Shown piece by piece: positions 29,800 through 38,835 of a stretch of 64,000 nt of DNA. The stretch lies in NCBI GenBank assembly GCA_902799985.1, contig CADCCR010000011.1, forward strand, positions 153 through 64,152, in the 5' to 3' direction. The stretch comes from an uncultured Bacteroidales bacterium. GTDB taxonomy: Bacteria > Bacteroidota > Bacteroidia > Bacteroidales > Bacteroidaceae. A program made the position numbers and the translations under genes. Under the pieces are notes generated by a model, which did not search any database, was not told the DNA's origin, and saw only the letters and a list, made by a program, of their open reading frames with translations. Positions within the stretch are counted from its first letter, which is position 1; the number at the start of each line of letters is the position of its first letter.

Positions 29800-32700
29800 A
29801 TGAAAAAGAAACTCATTCAATCACTCACGCTGCTGTTAGTGGCAGTCAGTGTGGGAGCGTTCGTATCTTGTAAGGATACCAACGAGGATTTGTACAACGA
29901 GTATCGTACAGAGGCTGCTGGCCAGTCCGCGACTCTGCAACAGAAGCTTTCTCAGCTCGAGGGAACAATTGCAACCCTCCAGGCACAGCTGGCTGCTGTC
30001 AACTCATGCACATGTGACCCGACCAAGGTTACCACTCTTGAAGGCAAAGTGGCTGCTATCGAAGCCGCACTTGCAGGCGGTGGTGGCACAGGCACAGCTC
30101 CGGTTATCGTCGACATCATCGATGACTATATTGATGATTTGCTTGGCGGTGGCTCTGGCAGTGGTGGCTTAACCCTGCAGGACATTGTGAATATCGTTAA
30201 TAACCTTCAGGGTGACCAGGGTGATTTGTCAAAGATTTACAATACCCTTACAACTTATGGTAACGACATTACTACCATTCTGACGACCCTGAATGATCAT
30301 GGCGACAACATCCAGTTGCTCCTCACCAACCAGCAGGCTGCTCAGACATTGCTCAACAGCACTATTGCTGACCTGGCTGCCCTTCAGCAGAAGGTTAATG
30401 ACATCAAGCAGTGCAACTGTGACTTCACCACTCTGTGGAATGCCATCCATGAGCTCGAAACAGGTCTGGCTGCTGCTGAGGCAAAGGCACAGAATGCATT
30501 GGATTTGGCAACAGCTGCCGACACAAAGGCTACGAATGCTCAAAACACTGCTAATGCTGCCAATAACACAGCTAATGCTGCCAATAACACAGCTAACGAG
30601 GCCAAGCTGACTGCCGATGAAGCTAAGGCTGCTGCTGCTGCTGCAACAACAATCGCTAATGCTGCTACCGATTTGGCTCAAACAGCTGTTCAGACTGCTG
30701 CAAATGCTGAGAGCCTTGCCACGGCTGCCGGTCTGACCGCACAGGAAGCTAAGACTTTCGCTGAAACAGCTAAGACAAATGCTGAGAATGCCCTCAATAT
30801 TGCCAACAACGCAATCAGCGCTGCAGCAACAGCTCAGACTGCTGCAACAGCAGCTCTGAACCAGGCAAATGCTAACAAGGAGGCTATCGATCAGCTCAAG
30901 AATGACATCACAACCATTCAGAACACCCTCACACAGTATGGTGATCAGATTAACCTGAATACAACAAACATTCAGAAGAACGCTGATGCCATTGCTGATG
31001 CTGTCAATAAGATTCAGACTAATGCTGAGAAGATTCAGCAGAACAAGGAAGCTATCGACGCTCTGAAGACTCAGATCACAACCGTGAGCGAGACTGCAGC
31101 CAATGCTCTCCAGAAGGCAATCGACGCAGACGCAAAGGCTACTGCCAACGCTCTTGCTATCGAAAACCTGAAGCCCGCTGTCGAGGCTAACAAGACTGCT
31201 ATCGATGAGCTGAAGACAAAGACCCAGACTCTCGAGTCTACCGTTACAAATCTTCAGACTGTCGTTAACGACCTCAGCACTCAGGTGAACAACAACACTA
31301 CAGCTATCACCAACAACACCACAGCTATCACCAACCTAACAACCACCGTCAACAACCTGACAACTCAGGTTAACACAATCGAAGGTTCTGTTGATGAGCT
31401 GAAGACTACTGTTGCCGAACACACAACCAAGCTGGCAACTATGGAGGCCGAACTTGCTACTGTTAAGACAGAATGTGCTGCCAACCTTCTGACTGCAAAG
31501 CAGTATGCTGAGGCACAGGCTGAGGCTGTCAGAACTGCTCTGATGACTGAGATCAACAACCTCATTGCTCAGCTTGCAAACTACTACACAAAGGATCAGG
31601 TTTACACCAAGCAAGAAGTTGACGACCTGCTTAAGCAATTGAAGGATAACCTGAACATCACGATTAACAACAACACCGTAAGAATTGAGGTGCTTGAAGG
31701 TAAGGTTACTACCCTCGAAGGTAAGGTTGTCGATCTTCAGAGCGCTGTTGACGATCAAGGCGATAGAATCACTGCCCTCGAGACAAAGCTCAATGGCTAT
31801 GAGACATTGGTTGAGACAGTCAACGGACACACAACAAAGATTGAAAAACTCACAACCGACCTTGGTTCACTGCAAAGCATCGTAGATAACCTCTCTACTA
31901 CTGTTGGTCAAAACACTTCCGACATTGCTACAAACGCTGCCGCTATTGAGGCTATCAATGCTGCTATTGCTGCAATCAAGAGCTGCACTTGCGACCCCAA
32001 CGCTATCACAAAACTGAACGAAGACATCGCCGGCATACTGGAGCGTCTCGCTGCTGCAGAGGCAAATATTACTAAGAACGCTGGTGATATTGCCACAAAT
32101 GCTGAAGCTATTGCCGCAAACACCAAGCTCATCAACGATGTAAAGAAGGAACTGACTGACCTCATCAATGAGCAGATTGACCAGCTGAAGTCCACTCTTG
32201 AGGAGCAAATTGGTGCAGTCGACCACAAGGCTGACAGTGCACACGCCAGAATCGACGCATTGCAGTTGGCCTTTGACAACCTCAACTACATCACTCCCGA
32301 GGAGGTAGATGACAAGTTAGGTGACTTGGCTGAACTCCTCTTAGACAAGATTCATGCTGACTCTCTCGTTTCTGCCCAGACAGACGAGGACTTCAAGAAG
32401 CGTATGGATATCATTGGCGACTCCGTTGCTACTGCATTCCAGGACATCATCACCATGCAGACTACCATCGCTGCACTTGATGCTGCTACCGTCAAGAAGG
32501 ATGACTACAACGCCGACAAGGAAGAGATTCTTGGCAAGATTAGCGCTAATGAGACAGCCATCAGTGACCTGCAGGATGTCGTTGAGACCCTCAGCGACCA
32601 GCTGACCTCTCTCGAGGATAGAATAGAAGACCTGGAGGATCGCATGGATGTGGCAGAGGCTAACATCGAGCAGGCACTCGACGACATTCAGGACCTCAAG

Positions 32701-34899
32701 TCCGACGTGGCCGAAATTCAGGAGTTCCTTGCTAAGCAGGTAACAGGTATCATGATTCAAGGCACATACAATCCTGCCTTCGGTACTTTGGATCTGCCCT
32801 TCGACGTTCAGTCCAACATCCTCGTCGCTTACTATGGCAAGCCCGCCAAGGACGTTGAATTCCCCACATCGCGCACAAGTAATTATGTACGCCCAGAGGA
32901 GGCTCTCACCGAGAAGGATATGCAGATGATTAACGGCGTTGAGGTATTCGAGCACCTTGCCAACATTCCTCTCATGTTCGAGAACAACTATGCAGGTAAG
33001 GTTTACATGACCATCAACCCCAACACAGCTGATCTTTCTGGCCTGGAGCTGAGCATTGTCAATACTCAGGATACAGAGTCTCCCATCAAGCTCGAGGGTG
33101 TCAAGAAGAGCACCGAGAAGCTGAAGTTCGGCTACACTCGTGGCGAGAATGGCTTCTACGAGGCTGACGCTGTCGTTGCTCCCATCGATGTCGAGAAGGT
33201 TGAGCACATTTCCGTTGACAAGGCTGCCATCAAGGATGCCTATAAGGAGATTGCCGAGAAGCGCCTTAATGCTGACATCGAACAGGTAGCAACAGATGTC
33301 TACAAGGTAGTGAAGTCCCTGAAGCTCAACAAGAGCGGTTTGAAGTGTTCTTACACAGAGAACGGCAACACACACTCTGTCTACTCTCAGTACAACCTGG
33401 CAGCTACAGCTATCGATCCTCTCGACTTCGCTTCGTATAAGGATTGGAACTACCAGACTGTTCCTGGTTACGAGCGCGTCAACAACCTGCTCAACAGAAT
33501 TTCAAGAAAGGCAAAGGACAAGATTCATATCTTCTTCAAGGAGCTCAACGAATCTGCTTTGGTTGAGAAGGTTTGCGATCTTCAGATCAATGACATTGAG
33601 GTTCCCGACCTCTCTAACGACCTGCTGGCTAAATTCGTCCTGCACATGGATACCACCTTCGTAATGGATGGCCTCAAGTATCATCTGGATATGAAACTTG
33701 ACAAAGAAGTAACTGTCAAGTTCGACACAACGATTACAATTCCTATCAATTTGGAGGGAGTTACGGTTAACGTTCCTATTGACTATGATCAGAATGTAAA
33801 TATTGATTTGTCAACAGTCGTTGTAGAATCTCCCACAGTAGTTGTTAAGGGTTATGCTACCGGTCATGCAAATACAGGAAATTACAAGGCAGAAGTTGAT
33901 CCAATAACAGGTGACACAATAAATAAGGTTATTATTGACCCGGAAACCGGTCTGCCAGTATATGAGACAGTACTTGTTGTTCCTGTGAAGGACGATGCAG
34001 GTAATACTGTAGGTAACGCTGAAATTGATTTGAACGATGTCAATATCACTGCAGATGTTAATGCTTCTGGTACTGCAGGTACGATTAAACTCAATGGTTC
34101 TCCTGTTGCTACCATTAGCATCCATAAGACGTTCACTGGCACAGGAAATGTTCATCAGAATATGGATTACCATCTCGTAATTGAGAAGACCGTGGATATA
34201 TCGTACCAGCTTGACAAGTGGATCTACTTCGGTGATGGTGGCACAGACAAGAAGGAGTTCAAGCTTGTCTTCAGCTACGACATGCGCGACGCAGCTACGG
34301 ATCTTTGGGGACAAGCTCAGCACGCTATTGGCGACGTGAACAAGATGCTGAATGATCTCCGCGACATCGTCAGCGAGGTGAACAACGCTTTGGATAAGAT
34401 CAACAGCTACGAGGCAAGGATTGGCAATACGATTGACGAATATATTGACAGGGTTCGCAGCTACATCGACAAGATCAACAGCAAGATTGTCGGCTTCGTC
34501 AATTCTACCAACAGCCGCTTCCAGCCCTTCATGGTTGCTGCAGACAGCAAGGGTATCAAGCGTCTGAGCGGTAGTAAGAACTATCCCACTCAGTTGAGGT
34601 CGGACATCTCTCTCTATCCCACTTCTCAGACAATGGAGCTCATTGTTCCTATTGCCAGAAAGCATGTGGCTGTGACCAACGTCTTCAAGGGTAGTGCAAG
34701 TGCTCAGGGTGGCAACGCCGACTGTCTGGCTCGTCTGAAGGCTGCCAACACCGGTAAGCTCAACACTGTGCTGGATGGTAATGTCCGTCAGATTGCTCTG
34801 AATGGTTTGAAGTCTGGCTATGTATACGAGATTGCATACTCAGGCCTCGACTTCCATGGCAACATCGCTACACGCAAGTACTATGTAACTGTGAAGTAA
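29800..34899 (+). CDS. Giant (1,699 aa) coiled-coil lipoprotein, predicted to be surface-exposed
   Basis: Lipoprotein signal ...SVGAFVSC (Cys24) followed by KDTNED. Residues about 25-980 are an A/T/N/Q-rich heptad-like sequence with three CxCD motifs (C70/C72, C205/C207, C729/C731). Residues about 980-1699 are beta-rich. Confidence 0.9.
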   Translation: MKKKLIQSLTLLLVAVSVGAFVSCKDTNEDLYNEYRTEAAGQSATLQQKLSQLEGTIATLQAQLAAVNSCTCDPTKVTTLEGKVAAIEAALAGGGGTGTAPVIVDIIDDYIDDLLGGGSGSGGLTLQDIVNIVNNLQGDQGDLSKIYNTLTTYGNDITTILTTLNDHGDNIQLLLTNQQAAQTLLNSTIADLAALQQKVNDIKQCNCDFTTLWNAIHELETGLAAAEAKAQNALDLATAADTKATNAQNTANAANNTANAANNTANEAKLTADEAKAAAAAATTIANAATDLAQTAVQTAANAESLATAAGLTAQEAKTFAETAKTNAENALNIANNAISAAATAQTAATAALNQANANKEAIDQLKNDITTIQNTLTQYGDQINLNTTNIQKNADAIADAVNKIQTNAEKIQQNKEAIDALKTQITTVSETAANALQKAIDADAKATANALAIENLKPAVEANKTAIDELKTKTQTLESTVTNLQTVVNDLSTQVNNNTTAITNNTTAITNLTTTVNNLTTQVNTIEGSVDELKTTVAEHTTKLATMEAELATVKTECAANLLTAKQYAEAQAEAVRTALMTEINNLIAQLANYYTKDQVYTKQEVDDLLKQLKDNLNITINNNTVRIEVLEGKVTTLEGKVVDLQSAVDDQGDRITALETKLNGYETLVETVNGHTTKIEKLTTDLGSLQSIVDNLSTTVGQNTSDIATNAAAIEAINAAIAAIKSCTCDPNAITKLNEDIAGILERLAAAEANITKNAGDIATNAEAIAANTKLINDVKKELTDLINEQIDQLKSTLEEQIGAVDHKADSAHARIDALQLAFDNLNYITPEEVDDKLGDLAELLLDKIHADSLVSAQTDEDFKKRMDIIGDSVATAFQDIITMQTTIAALDAATVKKDDYNADKEEILGKISANETAISDLQDVVETLSDQLTSLEDRIEDLEDRMDVAEANIEQALDDIQDLKSDVAEIQEFLAKQVTGIMIQGTYNPAFGTLDLPFDVQSNILVAYYGKPAKDVEFPTSRTSNYVRPEEALTEKDMQMINGVEVFEHLANIPLMFENNYAGKVYMTINPNTADLSGLELSIVNTQDTESPIKLEGVKKSTEKLKFGYTRGENGFYEADAVVAPIDVEKVEHISVDKAAIKDAYKEIAEKRLNADIEQVATDVYKVVKSLKLNKSGLKCSYTENGNTHSVYSQYNLAATAIDPLDFASYKDWNYQTVPGYERVNNLLNRISRKAKDKIHIFFKELNESALVEKVCDLQINDIEVPDLSNDLLAKFVLHMDTTFVMDGLKYHLDMKLDKEVTVKFDTTITIPINLEGVTVNVPIDYDQNVNIDLSTVVVESPTVVVKGYATGHANTGNYKAEVDPITGDTINKVIIDPETGLPVYETVLVVPVKDDAGNTVGNAEIDLNDVNITADVNASGTAGTIKLNGSPVATISIHKTFTGTGNVHQNMDYHLVIEKTVDISYQLDKWIYFGDGGTDKKEFKLVFSYDMRDAATDLWGQAQHAIGDVNKMLNDLRDIVSEVNNALDKINSYEARIGNTIDEYIDRVRSYIDKINSKIVGFVNSTNSRFQPFMVAADSKGIKRLSGSKNYPTQLRSDISLYPTSQTMELIVPIARKHVAVTNVFKGSASAQGGNADCLARLKAANTGKLNTVLDGNVRQIALNGLKSGYVYEIAYSGLDFHGNIATRKYYVTVK

Positions 34900-34934
34900 A
34901 AACTAATTCGTCGAACCAGAAAAAGAGAACGATT

Positions 34935-36077
34935 ATGAAAATCAAGAATATTATCATGTCTGTTGCCCTGCTTGCCGGATGCATCACTGCATCCGCGCAG
35001 CAGACAACAGCTGCACCCAGCGAAGAGTTCAACCCCCACTGGTATGTTCAGGCTCAGGCAGGTGGACAGCACACTCTGGGCGAAGTATGCTTCGGCGACC
35101 TCCTTTCTGTCAATGCACAGATAGCAGGCGGCTATAACTTCACCTCTGTTTGGGGTGTTCGCCTTGCTATTGGTGCCTGGCAGAGCAAGGGTGGCACTCA
35201 TCTCGATTACTTAGGACTTGGCGACAAGACCTGGAAGTACAATTACATTGCTCCTACAGTTGACGTGGTTTGCGACCTCAGCAACTTGATTCTCGGCTAC
35301 AACCCTAAGCGCGTTTGCAACTTCGGTTTGTTGGCTGGTATCGGTGCCAACATCGGTTTCAACAACGGTGAGGCATTGGATGTAAGGAATCAGGTTATTG
35401 CAGCCAGCAACAATGTGCTCGACGAGGCCCATCTGATGTCCCTGTACTGGGATGGCACTAAGGCTCGTTTCTTGGGTAAGTTCGGCGCTTTCGTCGACTT
35501 CAACCTGAGCCGTCGCGTATCTCTCGGTCTGGAAGTGAACTGCAATCCCACCACTGACAGCTACAACTCGAAGAAGGCAGGCAATGGCGACTGGTACTTC
35601 AACGCCCTGGCCGGTGTCAAGGTAAGACTTGGCAAGGTTTCCCGCGAGGGTAAGCCTGCACCCGCTCCTGCTGTTGTAGAGAAGATTGTAGAGAAGATTG
35701 TGGAGAAGCCCGTCGAGAAGATTGTCTACAAGGAAACTCCCGCTCCGAAGCCCGAGCCTCTGCGTCGCGACATCTTCTTCAAGATCCGTGGCTCGCAGGT
35801 CAACAGGACCGAGATGCTTAAGGTAGAGGATGTAGTAGCTTACCTCAACAAGTATCCCGAAGCAAAGGTAACTGTTACCGGTTATGCAGACAAGGGTACC
35901 GGCAATCCGAAGTTGAATGTCGGCTATGCCCGCAAGCGTGCCGAGATGGTTGCCGACCTGCTGGTTAACACCTATGGTATCTCTCGCAGCCGCATCACAG
36001 TGGACAGCAAGGGTGACACCGTTCAGCCCTACGAGCAGAACGACCTGAACCGTGTCAGCATCTGTGTTGCCCAGTAA
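34935..36077 (+). CDS. OmpA family outer-membrane protein (N-terminal beta-barrel, VEKIVEK linker, OmpA-like C-terminal domain)
   Basis: Signal peptide, then alternating-hydrophobic barrel strands, then the linker PAPAPAVVEKIVEKIVEKPVEKIVYKETPAPKPEP. The C-terminus reads ...VTVTGYADKGTGNPKLNVGYARKRAEMVADLL... Confidence 0.9.
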   Translation: MKIKNIIMSVALLAGCITASAQQTTAAPSEEFNPHWYVQAQAGGQHTLGEVCFGDLLSVNAQIAGGYNFTSVWGVRLAIGAWQSKGGTHLDYLGLGDKTWKYNYIAPTVDVVCDLSNLILGYNPKRVCNFGLLAGIGANIGFNNGEALDVRNQVIAASNNVLDEAHLMSLYWDGTKARFLGKFGAFVDFNLSRRVSLGLEVNCNPTTDSYNSKKAGNGDWYFNALAGVKVRLGKVSREGKPAPAPAVVEKIVEKIVEKPVEKIVYKETPAPKPEPLRRDIFFKIRGSQVNRTEMLKVEDVVAYLNKYPEAKVTVTGYADKGTGNPKLNVGYARKRAEMVADLLVNTYGISRSRITVDSKGDTVQPYEQNDLNRVSICVAQ

Positions 36078-36106
36078 TCATTGAGTAACAGGCTAATCTA
36101 AGAGAC

Positions 36107-36147
36107 ATTCCCCCGTCATTCTGCTTCTGGCGGAGTGGCGGGGGAAT
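36107..36147 (+). terminator. Hairpin downstream of the OmpA-family gene
   Basis: ATTCCCCCG...CGGGGGAAT has a stem of about 9 bp and is followed by TTTGATT, which is only weakly T-rich. Confidence 0.4.
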
Positions 36148-36181
36148 TTGATTACTAAATCAACAGAAGCTTTTGTCTATT

Positions 36182-37381
36182 ATGAAGAGATTCTTATCAT
36201 TCGTTTTTGTTGCGTCCTTGCTGAGTGCAGGCAGTGTCCTTGCCCAGACTGGCACGGGCTTCATCGGCAACGGCTACTATCGTATCCGCAATTATGCCAC
36301 CGACCGTTACATTTATGTGACGGACAACAAGGATTATTACGATATGGCACGCGACAAGGAGGATTTTCAGGCTATACAACTTTGGAAGGATGTCACTCGC
36401 TTTGCATCCGACCCCGGCAGTGTCATCTACTTTGAGGAAGTGACACCCGACCATTTCGACCTAAGGGCTCAGGGCACCGGGGTTCATTCCTTTACTGGTT
36501 ATTATGTTGGTGTGACCAAGAGTTCCGGCACTTATATTGTTTCGGCCAGTGTGACGAAAGCTGGAATGCAGGTGACGAAGTACCTGACCGATGACGAGCA
36601 GAGTTCGTCGGACCAAGGCACGATGGGAACCCGAGGCAAGCTCAACTACCGCAAGTGGATTGTGGACAAGATAGAGACGGACCATGCAACCAACTATTTC
36701 GGCATCAAGCCATCGATAGAGGTTGGTGGCAAGTTCTATCATCCGTTCTATGCCGCTTTCCCCTTCAAGGTGGCAAGCGCAGGGATGCATGTCTACTACA
36801 TCGACGAGGTGGAGAGCAAGTATGCCGTCTTGAAGGAGATAGAGGGCGAAGTGCCGGCCAGCACGCCTGTCCTCATCGAGTGCAGTTCAGCCAACCCTTC
36901 GGAGAACCGTGTTGAGCTTCTTGCCACTTCATCCGCTAAGGTGACTGGCAACTTGCTTGGCGGTAATTATTTCTGCAATGGCAAACGCCCTCAGGAGTCG
37001 GTCGATGCTTATAAAGTCTTCGATGCAGACAAGATGCGTGTCTTCTCGGTGGTGGACGGTCAGCTTGTGCTTACGAACAATGCGCAGGACCGTCTCAACG
37101 AGATAAAGACTGTCGACTACTCCACATTATCTATGATAAAGCTCAAGTGTCTTCCTTCCAACACCAGTTATATGAAGGCGGACTCTGATACACCTGCCGA
37201 GGTGCCCGTGTTCGTCGACGGTCAGGTTCCCGACGCCATTGGCAGCATCTTGGCAGAGCAGAAGCCTACGGCCGCAGGTGTCTATTCCCTCAGCGGCACA
37301 CAGCTTAGGGCATCGAGCGATTTGCAAGGTCTGCCTGCAGGCCTGTATATCGTGAACGGTAAGAAGGTAGTCATAAAATAA
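36182..37381 (+). CDS. Secreted hypothetical protein with a T9SS-type C-terminal tail
   Basis: The ATG at 36182 gives MKRFLSFVFVASLLSAGSVLAQ. The C-terminus ...GVYSLSGTQLRASSDLQGLPAGLYIVNGKKVVIK resembles those ending at 354 and 12435. Confidence 0.8.
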   Translation: MKRFLSFVFVASLLSAGSVLAQTGTGFIGNGYYRIRNYATDRYIYVTDNKDYYDMARDKEDFQAIQLWKDVTRFASDPGSVIYFEEVTPDHFDLRAQGTGVHSFTGYYVGVTKSSGTYIVSASVTKAGMQVTKYLTDDEQSSSDQGTMGTRGKLNYRKWIVDKIETDHATNYFGIKPSIEVGGKFYHPFYAAFPFKVASAGMHVYYIDEVESKYAVLKEIEGEVPASTPVLIECSSANPSENRVELLATSSAKVTGNLLGGNYFCNGKRPQESVDAYKVFDADKMRVFSVVDGQLVLTNNAQDRLNEIKTVDYSTLSMIKLKCLPSNTSYMKADSDTPAEVPVFVDGQVPDAIGSILAEQKPTAAGVYSLSGTQLRASSDLQGLPAGLYIVNGKKVVIK

Positions 37382-37459
37382 AGTCCCATCCCGACCTCGT
37401 CCGAGGGATGAGGTGAGGGGGTGACATATACATTATATATAATATATAGAGATTCTACG

Positions 37460-38650
37460 ATGAAGGCTTTTGGAGCTTTTGCAATAGCCCTGTCTCTGAC
37501 GGCAGCGATGTCGGCCCAGGAGGGCAGTCAGTCCTTTACTTCTGTGTTGGCTCGGAAGAATATCCTGAACCACATGGACGTTGGCGTGAACGTGGGCACG
37601 ATGGGTGTCGGCGTTGATGTGGCAGTGCCTGTAGGCGACTATGTGCGCGTGCGTGCCGGCTACCACTATATGCCGCGCTTCACCATCAACTCCGACTTCC
37701 CTGTCGAGACGCGTAGCGGCAGCTTGAGCCAGTCCGACTTGAAGCGCTACATGGGCAAGATGAGCGAAGTGACCACCATCTTGGAGCAAAACGGCATCAA
37801 CCTCGACAACTATTCGAGGGAAAAGTCGCTGATAGATAAGTTCAGCGGCGTGGAGCTGAAGGACAAAGTGTCGATGGGCATGCGTCCCAGCATGCATCAG
37901 TTCAAGCTTCTGGTAGACGTTCTTCCCTTCAAGAACAATAAGCATTGGAGTCTGACGACAGGTATCTTTGTCGGTCCGGCTCAGGTGGGCGATGCCTGCA
38001 ACAAGGATCTGGAAATGCCATTGCTGCAGGCAATCAATGCCTACAACGAGCTGTACGTCATGTCCTGCACCTGGGAAATGTTAGGTGGCGGCGACGTTTA
38101 CTACAGGGGCAGGTCGCTCCACGACACCTTCTCCAAGATGGGTGTTGCCGGCTTCCCCTTGGGAACGTTCGCCAGGGACGTCACGCGTGTCGTTACCGAC
38201 GAGAATGGCGCAGAACATACGCTTGTGGCGGCGAAGGGCACTAAGGCTATCATGGTGCCTTCAGCCGACGGGACTGCGCGTGCAGAGATGGAGGTGAGCA
38301 AGGTGCGTCCCTACATCGGGTTCGGCTACAACACACATCTGTCGCGCAACAAGCGTTGGCAGTTGAATGTCGATGCCGGTGTGATGTTCCTCTGTGGAGC
38401 TCCGAAGGTGTACGTTGACAACGTCTATAGCATCGACGAGTCGCTCATCGATACCGGCAACGAGGTGTACGATATAGTCCGCCCCAACGAGGAAGGGACG
38501 GACTATGTGGTGGACACACCTTTGTCGCACATCGACCTGGTTCGCGACTTGCAGGGAATCACCGGCAAGGTGGGCGACTTGGTGGACGTTGCCTCCAAGT
38601 TCAAGGTCTATCCGAATGCGACGGTGACGTTCTCGTACAGGTTGTATTAG
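37460..38650 (+). CDS. Hypothetical outer-membrane beta-barrel-like protein
   Basis: The ATG at 37460 gives the signal peptide MKAFGAFAIALSLTAAMSAQ. The protein ends ...ATVTFSYRLY, the aromatic terminus typical of outer-membrane barrels. Confidence 0.65.
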   Translation: MKAFGAFAIALSLTAAMSAQEGSQSFTSVLARKNILNHMDVGVNVGTMGVGVDVAVPVGDYVRVRAGYHYMPRFTINSDFPVETRSGSLSQSDLKRYMGKMSEVTTILEQNGINLDNYSREKSLIDKFSGVELKDKVSMGMRPSMHQFKLLVDVLPFKNNKHWSLTTGIFVGPAQVGDACNKDLEMPLLQAINAYNELYVMSCTWEMLGGGDVYYRGRSLHDTFSKMGVAGFPLGTFARDVTRVVTDENGAEHTLVAAKGTKAIMVPSADGTARAEMEVSKVRPYIGFGYNTHLSRNKRWQLNVDAGVMFLCGAPKVYVDNVYSIDESLIDTGNEVYDIVRPNEEGTDYVVDTPLSHIDLVRDLQGITGKVGDLVDVASKFKVYPNATVTFSYRLY

Positions 38651-38659
38651 GAGCCCCTA

Positions 38660-38727
38660 AAGCCCCTCTCCAAACCTCCCCCAAAGGGGAGGCTTTTTTT
38701 GTTAGGGGAGGTTGGGATGAGGGGAGG
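38660..38727. repeat. GC-rich palindromic element (one full and one partial copy) between convergent genes
   Basis: aagcccctctccaaacctcccccaaaggggaggc, then TTTTTTT, then ggggaggttgggatgaggggagg. Confidence 0.85.
38675..38700 (+). terminator. Intrinsic terminator formed by the palindromic element
   Basis: CCTCCCC-caaa-GGGGAGG followed by cTTTTTTT, 25 nt after the stop at 38650. Confidence 0.6.
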
Positions 38728-38730
38728 ACC

Positions 38731-38835
38731 TCAGTAGCCCATGCACGAGGTGGTGCCGAGGGCGGTGAGGAAGGCTGTGAGGGCGGCAACGGCCATCTTC
38801 ACGAGCAGTTCGATAAATCTGTTCTTCTTTTTCAT
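38731..38835 (-). CDS. 34-codon ORF: signal peptide plus lipobox plus 3 residues (resembles the small ORFs I recall being labelled 'smalltalk protein' in Bacteroidales)
   Basis: Hand translation gives MKKKNRFIELLVKMAVAALTAFLTALGTTSCMGY. Its ATG overlaps the upstream TGA as ATGA (38832-38835). It is below the ORF-track cutoff. Confidence 0.55.
   Translation of the reverse strand: MKKKNRFIELLVKMAVAALTAFLTALGTTSCMGY

Noticed and set aside
28235-38650. Classic mobile genomic island or prophage
   Set aside because: Composition is shifted, but I see no integrase, transposase, tRNA target or flanking direct repeats. High-expression codon bias is an equally good explanation, so it is reported only as a compositional block.
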